Translations under genes and position numbers: made by a program
Source of the DNA: Mesorhizobium sp.
GTDB lineage: Bacteria > Pseudomonadota > Alphaproteobacteria > Rhizobiales > Rhizobiaceae
Reading direction: 5' to 3'
Length of the DNA: 64,000 bases
Assembly (NCBI GenBank): GCA_051954615.1
Contig: JBQCHN010000096.1
Coordinates: 17,030 to 81,029 of the forward strand
The notes under the pieces: model-generated
Seen by the model: only the letters and a program-made list of their open reading frames with translations
Told to the model about the DNA's origin: nothing
The model's database searches: none
In this document: in pieces, positions 24,870 through 33,217 of the stretch
Position numbering within the stretch: the first letter of the stretch is position 1
Layout: every line of letters begins with the position of its first letter

Positions 24870-27587
24870 TCACCAATTTTTCCCGTAGGAAAGATCCTTG
24901 TGGTTCAGAAGATTTGGAAGTTCAGGCCCCTGACATGTGAGGCCGAGGAAGGTCGCGGCGCGCGTTGCGCCGACGTAGATATACCGATCAAAAAGGTCAG
25001 GCTGTTCGGCATAGAGGCGATCGACATCAATGAAGAACACCGCCTCGAATTCGAGCCCCTTGATATGTTCGATCGGGAAAACTCTGACATCGTGCGTCTG
25101 ACCTATCGCCTCGCCCTCTGAATAGGCTTTGGCCATGAGGCTCATGTCGGACAATTCAGTGTTAAGCGCTTCGGTCAGCGAATTCAGCGCGCTGCGGTTT
25201 GGAACAAGAACGGCAATAGTAGGTAGCTTGCCGTCGGTAGCGCGCTCAATTTCAGCTATCCGCGCCTTGAGCCAGCGCGCCCGCTCAGCATCAGAACCAA
25301 GGGACAAGCCCAGCACCGGATCAAAACCCAGGTTGTCGATAAACTCAGGAGGGCGATCGTCGACTTCAGCGCCCTGGAGGCGCGCAAGTGTGCGGGCAAA
25401 ATCGCCCAGCTTTTGGCTCTGGCGGTAGCTGATGGAAATTCGGTGTATGTCGAGCGTGGGAGCAAACCATTTCAGATCGGCTTCCGTACGGCTACCCCAA
25501 CGCGTGAGCCGTTGGTTGAAGTCGCCAGAAAGAAACAACGATCCGACTTCTAGCCGAGCAAGCTCGGCCATGCACGCGAGTTGCACGGGCGAGAAATCTG
25601 TTGCCTCGTCTACCAAGACTTGGTTGCGTCGCAAGCGTGAAATGGCATCCAGAAGTGCCGGGCGGTTCTCAGACAGTCTTGCGGAGAGCACGCGATTGGA
25701 TTCGATGAAATTTGCCGCCCTCAGCAATGCCAGCATGATCACGTCAACTTCCGCGGGGTGCACATGGGCAGCGGCACTGGAACCTGAACCGTACCATTTG
25801 CCTTCCGCGCGCATTGCGCGCCTGAAGCGCTGGTAGCGGGTAGGCATTCGCTGCAGATAGGTGGCTGGTGCGTTGCCGAGGCGGCTTGCCGCGCGCTGTA
25901 CCAGTAGGACGTTTCCTACTTCTCTAAGGTCTGGCGTATCCAATCCTCTCTCGGAAAGGAATACCAGAATTCGGCCGGCGCGGCTGCCGCCGGCTGGTTT
26001 ACTGCCAGTAGTTTGCCGAATGGCTAGCGTGCGCATTGCGCGGCGGAAAATCTCCACTACCAGTCTCCGCCCCTGCGGAGTGCGCCCAGAGCCTTCCGTT
26101 TCGACGGACTCGTCGTCAACGTCATCATCTTCGCCATCGACCTCGGGCTCTTCGGGCGATTGTTGCTGCAAGGCATCGACAAACCTGGCAAGTGCGTCCA
26201 GGAAGCCCGGATCGCGGACAGCAAAGGCACGGATCGGATAGTCCAGATCCTTGCGGGTCCTATCCCCCAGCGATGACGCCAGTTGTCCCAGCTCTCTGCG
26301 GAGGCCTGCGAGCTCAGCCAGCAATCTGATGACGTTGTCGCCGGAGCGCTGAAGTGTGTGAGAGACCTGCCGACCGAGCTCTTTTGCTCTCGCGTCGGTC
26401 GCTTTGGTCAAACGTTCTGCTTCCGTCTCCATTTGCTGGACGAAATTTCGCGCCTGCCAGCTGTTGAAGTCTTCGAACCAGGCCCGGTGGTTGAGCAGAG
26501 TATCTGGTACCAAATGATCGTCGTGGGCGTCGCGATCCATCACCAGACCGCCGCCAGCGCCGCGCCTGAGAATCCCCAGCTCGTTCCTAGCAGTTGCGAA
26601 ACGGAATGCCTCCCAGGTACGAAGGCGTTCGTCGTGCGCCGGTACGCCCTCTCGCCCCAGCGCCTCCTTGACATAGAGGCGCAATAGCTCTGTTGGCGTG
26701 AACAGGATCCAACTATTCGCGTGAGACCTTCCCGCCTCGTCGACCTCTTTCGCCAGTTCCTGTTCTTCTTCGTCGAGATATGCGAAGTCGAGCTTTTGCC
26801 GGAGTCGCCGGACCATCGTGGTGGTCTTTCCGGTTCCAGGCGGTCCCATCACAGCGATTTTGCTGTCGATCGGCAGACGGAATATCTCGTCCTGGAAGCG
26901 GTCGAGAATCGGGGCCACGCGGAGTTGCATTGCCGTCAGCACCCCGCGCGTGATGCCTACCGTAATATCCTCACCGTCAGTCTCTCCGAGCCACGGGGCT
27001 AGGGCATCGATCTCGTCATCGGCGACGCCGTCTTCCCGCAGCAGATCTCGCAGGGACCTGATCGTCAGCGGCGGCGCGCTTTCGCGAAAGTGTATTGCGG
27101 GCTGAGAATCCCACCCATCGCCGAGCTCCACCGCGCTGAAAGTCATCTTTTCGCGGATCAGGAAACTGTGCGTTGCCGCAGGCAACTTAACCTCTGCGTC
27201 CTCACCGACGCCGAAGGTGGCAAGTCGTCCCTTTGGTGCCATATAGCTGCACAGACGCACTTTGCCTGCACCGACTGTTTGGGCCGGCGAAATGTAAAGG
27301 GTCTCAAGCTTCTGATCTTCGTCTTCGATGACAAGGCGAGCTATTGCCGGCTCACGACGCAATCGTTGGAGATTGGCAACCGTGTCTGCGTTGCGCTGGT
27401 GCAAGTTGGAAACAAGCGCGTCGTAGGTAGCCGCGTTCACGCTGGCGAACGATTCCAAGGTTACCCCTTGGCTCTGTAGCCCGGCCTGTGCGTGAGCGGA
27501 AATCTCTCCAAAGCTGTCGAGCACTTCTCGTGCAGTGTTCCGCAGAGCGTTCCGATCGAACTCTTCATTCGTCCTGTCCACCCCCAT
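24870..27587 (-). CDS. UvrD/HelD-like SF1 helicase with GreA/B-C-like N-terminal domain
   Basis: Walker A VMGPPGTGKTTT, VLVDEATDFSP, and C-terminal GLEFEAVFF..YVGATRAATFLGL. The N-terminal SYMAPKGRLATFGVGEDAEVKLP resembles the Gre C-domain. Confidence 0.8.
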   Translation of the reverse strand: MGVDRTNEEFDRNALRNTAREVLDSFGEISAHAQAGLQSQGVTLESFASVNAATYDALVSNLHQRNADTVANLQRLRREPAIARLVIEDEDQKLETLYISPAQTVGAGKVRLCSYMAPKGRLATFGVGEDAEVKLPAATHSFLIREKMTFSAVELGDGWDSQPAIHFRESAPPLTIRSLRDLLREDGVADDEIDALAPWLGETDGEDITVGITRGVLTAMQLRVAPILDRFQDEIFRLPIDSKIAVMGPPGTGKTTTMVRRLRQKLDFAYLDEEEQELAKEVDEAGRSHANSWILFTPTELLRLYVKEALGREGVPAHDERLRTWEAFRFATARNELGILRRGAGGGLVMDRDAHDDHLVPDTLLNHRAWFEDFNSWQARNFVQQMETEAERLTKATDARAKELGRQVSHTLQRSGDNVIRLLAELAGLRRELGQLASSLGDRTRKDLDYPIRAFAVRDPGFLDALARFVDALQQQSPEEPEVDGEDDDVDDESVETEGSGRTPQGRRLVVEIFRRAMRTLAIRQTTGSKPAGGSRAGRILVFLSERGLDTPDLREVGNVLLVQRAASRLGNAPATYLQRMPTRYQRFRRAMRAEGKWYGSGSSAAAHVHPAEVDVIMLALLRAANFIESNRVLSARLSENRPALLDAISRLRRNQVLVDEATDFSPVQLACMAELARLEVGSLFLSGDFNQRLTRWGSRTEADLKWFAPTLDIHRISISYRQSQKLGDFARTLARLQGAEVDDRPPEFIDNLGFDPVLGLSLGSDAERARWLKARIAEIERATDGKLPTIAVLVPNRSALNSLTEALNTELSDMSLMAKAYSEGEAIGQTHDVRVFPIEHIKGLEFEAVFFIDVDRLYAEQPDLFDRYIYVGATRAATFLGLTCQGPELPNLLNHKDLSYGKNW

Positions 27588-28376
27588 ACTTCCCCCCTTT
27601 TATGAAATGGTCTATCTGCCCCACTGTCGGCTGAGCGTCAAAATCTTTCACAGATACCATTCAGTCCTTGCCCGTATGACCTGCGCGATGAGTTCGTCGA
27701 ACGCGGCGAGTGCGACGGGGCGGGTGCGGTATTCGCCGTTGACTGCTGCCGAAGGTCCGGGGCTCTGACTTCAGTGAACGAACGGGTAAATCTCTCGTAA
27801 CGGCAGATTAGTTCGCGATCGAGATCAAATATGTCCATGGGAAGTAAGCCTCATCCCCGCCCACCACTCGTCTAATGAATGTCCAGTGCACCCACCGCGG
27901 AGCAGATTTCTAACTCGCAACTCGCTTGGCACTGACCTTCCATCCGGCGGCAACCTGAATCTCAGTCGATATTAATACGCTGTGAGGCAGAGGGTCAGCA
28001 ACCGGCGGAGGCGCATGTGACCTCCGCTTCACACCTGCGGAGCGTCCGCTCTCGGGCAAAGGCGACACTTGACTGAATGTCCGCGATGAGGGTCGGAAGC
28101 GGACGCGGCATCTCTGAGCCGTCAACAGTCAACGGTAGCTAATCGACCTGGACACATCTCTGAAGCTGTGAGGCCTTGTTCCGGATTTGAAAACTCGTCG
28201 GATATGCAGCATCTTGACTGATTACACGGTCGTCTAACAGATGACGTGCGGCTGGGCTCTCATTCGGTCGGCCGAATCGCCGTTCTTTGGAAGCCAGAAT
28301 CGCTATTTTTCTTCAATTGAAGAAATATCAATAGCTTAGGCGATTCGCTTCAGTTTTGGGCCGACACATGTAGAGA

Positions 28377-28432
28377 CAAATCCTGAGCGGTTCAAAACCA
28401 AATCGGAGCGGCTAATAGCCAAATCACAACGG
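28377..28432. repeat. three tandem CAAATC-N3-4-(A/G)(G/A)CGG sites at 21-22 nt spacing; candidate left-end TnsB sites
   Basis: CAAATCCTGAGCGG (28377-28390), CAAATCGGAGCGG (28399-28411), CAAATCACAACGG (28420-28432). Confidence 0.4.
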
Positions 28433-28619
28433 TTCATTGACGCGACGTAAGGTCCAGTAAGTATCTGATCTTGAAGACGCTTTTAATACAACTCATCGCA
28501 AAATGCCGTTGCATCACTTCGATCGGATCTTGTTCTTGACACAATCCAGCCGTTCGAAAAACAAGCGCTAGCGATTCACGCTGGCGTTTGGAGCAGATTG
28601 TCGGGAAGCATTTGTCCGT

Positions 28620-29273
28620 CTACTGCCGCCTGGATATTTCCGTCATTGCTTTTGTCTCAAATCGGTCCGCATAGGCAGTGAAGGCGGTCATGCTACCTGC
28701 CTTATCTTGCAACGATATTTGCGCGATCAGATCGGCGAAGCACTCCCTTAACTTGAGATCCCTAGCCAGTCCGTGGAAGAAGCGGACCCTTTCAACCAGC
28801 AGCCGCATGGGCGCGAGGACGGCGAGCAGATAAGAATTTCTCGCCATTTGCGCGATCTGATCGTTGATCTTCGCGTAGAGCGATGTCTGGTTGTCATCCT
28901 CATGAGTGGAAGTCAGAAGAACTGCCAGCGCCCCGAGTTGCTTGAACTCTTCCTCGCTGGCATGGTCGATCGCACACCGGATGAGCAGCTTTTCCAGCGG
29001 CCAGACCACCAGGAATAGCTCGGTGGCAATATCCGGATCGATGCGCGATACGAATGTACCCCGCCTGGGCTCCACCTGAACCATATGGTTCGCTGCCAGT
29101 TTCTGCAGGGCCTCCCGCACCGGTGTGCGGCCGATCCGAAACTGTGCGCTTATGGACCGTTCCGACAGCTCCTGGCCGGGAACGAGTTCCCCTTGGACGA
29201 TCTGGGCTTCCAGCATTCTGTAGACGCGGGATGCCTGGGTATCGAGCTTGGAGCTTGGTATGAACGGGTTCAT
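28620..29273 (-). CDS. GntR-family (FadR-type) transcriptional regulator
   Basis: RVYRMLEAQIVQGELVPGQELSERSISAQFRIGRTPVREALQKL plus a helical FCD-like C-domain. Confidence 0.85.
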   Translation of the reverse strand: MNPFIPSSKLDTQASRVYRMLEAQIVQGELVPGQELSERSISAQFRIGRTPVREALQKLAANHMVQVEPRRGTFVSRIDPDIATELFLVVWPLEKLLIRCAIDHASEEEFKQLGALAVLLTSTHEDDNQTSLYAKINDQIAQMARNSYLLAVLAPMRLLVERVRFFHGLARDLKLRECFADLIAQISLQDKAGSMTAFTAYADRFETKAMTEISRRQ

Positions 29274-29425
29274 CTCGTTTTCACTTGTTGGCGGCGGCTG
29301 GCCGGGCTCGCGTCCTGCAATATGCAGCGCTCCGTTTCAGCCGCGTCGGGACCTTAGCCCAGTCTGGATCAATTGCTCCAGTCCTTGATCCGGCCCGCAC
29401 CGCGCGCATCCCGCTGGCGCAATGG

Positions 29426-30265
29426 CTAGTGGGAGCCTGATGCGAACCCCGCCTCGATGCCGAGCTTCGCAAGGATCGTTTCCTTGGCGAACCTTTCGAG
29501 TTCGTCGGTAAGCTTGCAGGATGCCGCGCCCACAGCTGTCCTGTCCCCATCGGCTACCGTGCGGATGAGATGCACAAGCGCGACGTCGACCCCCTGATCC
29601 GTCTCGGCGGTATGCATGAAATAGAAGCGTCGCGACAATGCATGAATGGGGACGATCGCCTTGGTGAGGAACCTGTTGCGGGCGATGGACAGAAGCAGGA
29701 GCTTGAACTGCAAGTCCGTTTCCAGGAGAGCTGCGAAGTCTCTGCGTACATGCGCGTCCTGAACTTCCCTGGCCATCTCCTTCAGTGCGGATCGGTCGGA
29801 TTCCGTTGCCAACGCGTTTGCGGTCTCGCACAGCAGCCTGTCCAGTTCGCGCCGCGCTTCCAGGATCAGCAACTGTCCCTGGAAATCGACCTCGGTGACA
29901 AACATTCCCCTGCGTGGAATGATCTCTAGCAGGCCGTGGTCCGCCAGCCGCTGCAACGCCAGCCGGACCGGTGTCCGGCCCAGCCCGAGCGATTTGCAGA
30001 TTTCCATCTCATTAACGATGGAGCGCGGCGCGATGTGGCCCGTGACCAGCAATCTTTCAATTGCGATGTAGGCGCGCTCGGATGCGCTGGGGCTTTTCGG
30101 TGGCGCCAAGATCGTCTCGTCCCTTCCTGCCACGGGTTCCGCTGCCGTGGCCGATGGCAGGAGTTCTAGATGCAGCCTTTTGCCTTGCCAAGATGGTTGG
30201 CGAGGACGTCCGGGCACCGGCGGCGCGTCGACGGAGCGATAGATCGAAGGGCGCTTGACGGTCAA
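29426..30265 (-). CDS. GntR-family transcriptional regulator
   Basis: ERAYIAIERLLVTGHIAP..EICKSLGLGRTPVRLALQRLADHGLLEI. Confidence 0.8.
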   Translation of the reverse strand: MTVKRPSIYRSVDAPPVPGRPRQPSWQGKRLHLELLPSATAAEPVAGRDETILAPPKSPSASERAYIAIERLLVTGHIAPRSIVNEMEICKSLGLGRTPVRLALQRLADHGLLEIIPRRGMFVTEVDFQGQLLILEARRELDRLLCETANALATESDRSALKEMAREVQDAHVRRDFAALLETDLQFKLLLLSIARNRFLTKAIVPIHALSRRFYFMHTAETDQGVDVALVHLIRTVADGDRTAVGAASCKLTDELERFAKETILAKLGIEAGFASGSH

Positions 30266-30311
30266 ATTGTACGATGGTATCTGGCATATCAGCGATACAC
30301 CTGATGAGTAG

Positions 30312-31172
30312 ATGACCCAATCCCGATTCCACCCATGGCTATTGCTGACCCCGGCGCTTCTGGCGTTGGCGATGTTTGTGATTGCACCTGTGGCGATTGT
30401 CTTCGCCTATTCGTTCTTCGAATTTCTCGGGGCGGGAAGTGAGCGCGCGGCCTTTCAGTTCGGCAACTGGGCCGAGGTCTTTTCCGATCCCTTCTATCTG
30501 TCGGGTCTGTGGAAGACGGTTCGGATCGCGTTGATTGCCACGGTCGTCTCGGTCCTGTTCGGCTACGTCCCGGCCTATTTCCTTGCGACCACTCGCTCCA
30601 GGCACCGCAATCTTCTGTTGATGCTGCTCATCGTGCCTTTCTGGATCAGTTTCATTATCCGCACTATGTCCTGGATCCACGTGCTTGGCACGAACGGCGC
30701 TTTGAACGAGGCGCTTCAGGCGCTAGGCATAATCGACGAGCCGCTGCAAATGCTCTACGGCGAGGCTGCCGTCGTGCTTGGGCTGGTTCATTTCACGCTG
30801 CCCTATGTGATCCTGAACATCTATGTCAGCCTCGAGGGTATCGACCGAAATCTGGTCGAGGCGGCACGTTCCTTGGGCGCCTCCAAATGGTCGGCGTTCC
30901 TTCAGGTGGTGCTACCGCTTTCGCTGCCGGGCCTCTCGACCGGAATCTTGCTGTGCTTCGTGTTGGTCAGCGGGGCATTCATTACTCCCCTCATTCTCGG
31001 TGGGCCGCAGGATTTCCTGTTCGGCAATCTCGTCTACGACACGATCATGTCCGAGTTGAATCTGCCTCTCGGCGCTGCACTAGCATGCGTCCTGCTGCTT
31101 TTCCTCGGCATGTTTGTCTTCGTGTTCAATCGCTTCGTCGGTTTGAACCAGCTCTACAAGAGCTTCAGGTAG
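30312..31172 (+). CDS. ABC transporter permease (PotB/spermidine-putrescine type)
   Basis: Multi-span hydrophobic protein with an EAA-like loop VEAARSLGASKWSAFLQVVLP. Confidence 0.85.
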   Translation: MTQSRFHPWLLLTPALLALAMFVIAPVAIVFAYSFFEFLGAGSERAAFQFGNWAEVFSDPFYLSGLWKTVRIALIATVVSVLFGYVPAYFLATTRSRHRNLLLMLLIVPFWISFIIRTMSWIHVLGTNGALNEALQALGIIDEPLQMLYGEAAVVLGLVHFTLPYVILNIYVSLEGIDRNLVEAARSLGASKWSAFLQVVLPLSLPGLSTGILLCFVLVSGAFITPLILGGPQDFLFGNLVYDTIMSELNLPLGAALACVLLLFLGMFVFVFNRFVGLNQLYKSFR

Positions 31173-31182
31173 GGCGGCCGAA

Positions 31183-31962
31183 ATGAGCGCATATCTCATC
31201 AGGTTCGTGACGGTAGCGGTCTATCTGTTCCTGTTCGCGCCGATCCTCGTGGTTGTTGCCCTCTCCTTCAACTCGTCCCAGTTCGGCAGTTTTCCGTTCC
31301 AGAACTTCACCTTTCATTGGTACGCGACCCTCATCCAGAACGAAGCGATCGTCTCGGCGGTCAAGACCTCACTGGTGCTTGGCGTGCTCACGGCCGTCAT
31401 TTCAACCAGCATCGGCTTCCTGGCCGCGCTTGCGCTCGTCCGGTACGAATTCATTGGTAGGGGGCTAATTCTGGTGCTGATCACCTCCCCGCTGCTGATT
31501 CCGGAAACGGTGCTGGGCGTAGGGCTGCTTCTGTTCACGCGTACGCTCGGCTTGCCGCGCAGCTTCTGGCTCCTACTGGTCGGTCACGTCGTCTTGACGC
31601 TGCCTTTCGTGGTGATGGTCGTCCAGGCTCGGCTGATCGGCATCAAGCGGACATATGAGGAGGCCGCGCGCACGCTTGGAGCCAATCAGGCCGAGGTGCT
31701 GCGAACGGTGACGCTGCCGCTGCTGTTCCCGGCGCTGCTGGCGGGCGGGTTGCTCGCCTTCACGGTGTCCTTCGACAACATCACCGCCAGCATGTTCTGG
31801 CGCCCGGGCGGTATGCAGACAGTGCCTACCGAGATTTTCGCCATGCTGCGCAATTCGATCAGCCCGGAGATCAATGCGCTCGGCACCATGATGATCGTCT
31901 TCACGCTGCTGCTGCCGATCATCGCCGGGCTCATTCTGCGGCGCAAGAACCGCGCACTTTGA
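31183..31962 (+). CDS. ABC transporter permease (PotC type)
   Basis: Hydrophobic protein with the loop EEAARTLGANQAEVLRTVTLP. Confidence 0.85.
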   Translation: MSAYLIRFVTVAVYLFLFAPILVVVALSFNSSQFGSFPFQNFTFHWYATLIQNEAIVSAVKTSLVLGVLTAVISTSIGFLAALALVRYEFIGRGLILVLITSPLLIPETVLGVGLLLFTRTLGLPRSFWLLLVGHVVLTLPFVVMVVQARLIGIKRTYEEAARTLGANQAEVLRTVTLPLLFPALLAGGLLAFTVSFDNITASMFWRPGGMQTVPTEIFAMLRNSISPEINALGTMMIVFTLLLPIIAGLILRRKNRAL

Positions 31963-31985
31963 CCAATCGCAATGGGAGTTGGGAA

Positions 31986-33149
31986 ATGACAGACAAGATT
32001 GAAGACGGAATTCGGTACGAGCGACTGATGGATCGCTACAGGAACGGCGACGTCGATCGCCGTACGTTCCTCGGTCTCGTGGGCGCTGCGGCCGTCTCGA
32101 CTGGCCTCGCTGGCGGCTTCCTCTCCGGCATGAGCCGTCAGGCGATCGCGCAGGTGCAGGAAGTACGTTTCGACGGCTGGGGCGGCGTCGTGCAGGACGC
32201 GCTGCGCAAGCTCGCCTTCGAGCCTTTCACCAAGGAAAGCAACATCAAGGTCGTCGAGGGTTCGTTCGGCGGCGAGGACGAGATCTACACCAAGGTGAAG
32301 GCGTCCAACACGGGCGAATACCACATCGTCGAATCCGCCGGCGTCGAATGGTACAAGCGCTGGGTCGACGCGGGGCTTTGTGAAAAGCTCAACGAAACCA
32401 ACATTCCGAACATTCAGACGCTGATGCCGGCTCTGATCGCCCCGTTCCGTGCCGTCACCCCGGACGCCCTGTGCGGAATTCCCTATCATTACGGCGTGAC
32501 CGGCATCGCCTACAACACCAAGTACGTTTCGAAGGAAGAAGCGGAATCGCTGGGCGCCAAGCTCCTGCTCAAGAAGGAACTGAAGGGCAAGGTCACGGGC
32601 TGGGCCGACTGGGAAACGCGCGTTTGGTACGGCGCGTTGATGAGCGACCAGGATCCGAACAACATTCAGGACATCGATGCCGTCTGGGCGAAGGTGCGAG
32701 AGCATCGCGACAACGTTAAGAAGTACTGGAACTCGGCTGCCGAGAGCATGGACCTTCTCGCCTCCGAGGAAGTCTATGTAGCGGAAGCGTTTTCGGGGCG
32801 CGTCGCCTTGCTTCAGCAGCAGGGCTATCCGATCGCCTATATGGACCCGCCTAACTCCTTTGGCTGGATCATCGACTTCCTGGTCCTGAAGGGCTCGCCG
32901 GTCGAGGCATGCGAAACGCTGATCAATTTCATGCTTGATCCGGCTACACAGATCACGGTGGCCGAAGCCCAGCTCTACCCGCCGGGACTCGACGCCAGCA
33001 AGTACGAGATACCGGAAGCGGTCAAGCAGTTCCTGACCTTTGATCCCACGGGCACGCTGAAGGGTATCACCTTCGCCGACGCCAAGTACTGGAACGACAA
33101 CCAGACCGAGTGGCAGAAGATCTGGAACCGGATCCAGCGCGGCGGCTGA
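31986..33149 (+). CDS. ABC transporter periplasmic substrate-binding protein (PotD/F-like), Tat-type signal
   Basis: DRRTFLGLVGAAAVSTGLAGG signal. ATG 31986 follows GGGAG. Confidence 0.8.
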   Translation: MTDKIEDGIRYERLMDRYRNGDVDRRTFLGLVGAAAVSTGLAGGFLSGMSRQAIAQVQEVRFDGWGGVVQDALRKLAFEPFTKESNIKVVEGSFGGEDEIYTKVKASNTGEYHIVESAGVEWYKRWVDAGLCEKLNETNIPNIQTLMPALIAPFRAVTPDALCGIPYHYGVTGIAYNTKYVSKEEAESLGAKLLLKKELKGKVTGWADWETRVWYGALMSDQDPNNIQDIDAVWAKVREHRDNVKKYWNSAAESMDLLASEEVYVAEAFSGRVALLQQQGYPIAYMDPPNSFGWIIDFLVLKGSPVEACETLINFMLDPATQITVAEAQLYPPGLDASKYEIPEAVKQFLTFDPTGTLKGITFADAKYWNDNQTEWQKIWNRIQRGG

Positions 33150-33217
33150 TCTCGACCATGACGGCCCGGCCGGCTCGGCCGGGCCATTTCCCGAACAGAG
33201 AACGAAAGCGGCTAGGC

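Larger units (their letters stand above)
3377..28432 (+). mobile_element. Tn7-like transposon (tnsABC-tniQ core plus about 19 kb cargo); boundaries tentative
   Basis: The core genes are unambiguous. The proposed termini TGTTGTG (3377) and CACAACG (28432) share GTTGTG-N-TTTGG-N-ATT in inverted orientation, and each is followed inward by further CG(C/T)T-N-GAT(T/A) sites. The flanking pentamers CTCAT (3372-3376) and TTCAT (28433-28437) match at 4 of 5 positions. None of this is verified computationally. Confidence 0.35.

Noticed and set aside
27638-27838. 66-aa ORF whose first 30 or so residues (MDIFDLDRELICRYERFTRSFTEVRAPDL) resemble the N-termini of large DEAD/DEAH defence helicases
   Set aside because: Similarity is limited to about 30 residues and disappears in all frames downstream. 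At best this is a gene-head remnant, too weak to annotate.
3377-28432. Possibility of a CRISPR-associated transposon (CAST) or a CRISPR array guiding TniQ
   Set aside because: I found no cas genes and no regularly spaced direct repeats with unique spacers anywhere in the element. TniQ is long (669 aa) and TnsD-like.
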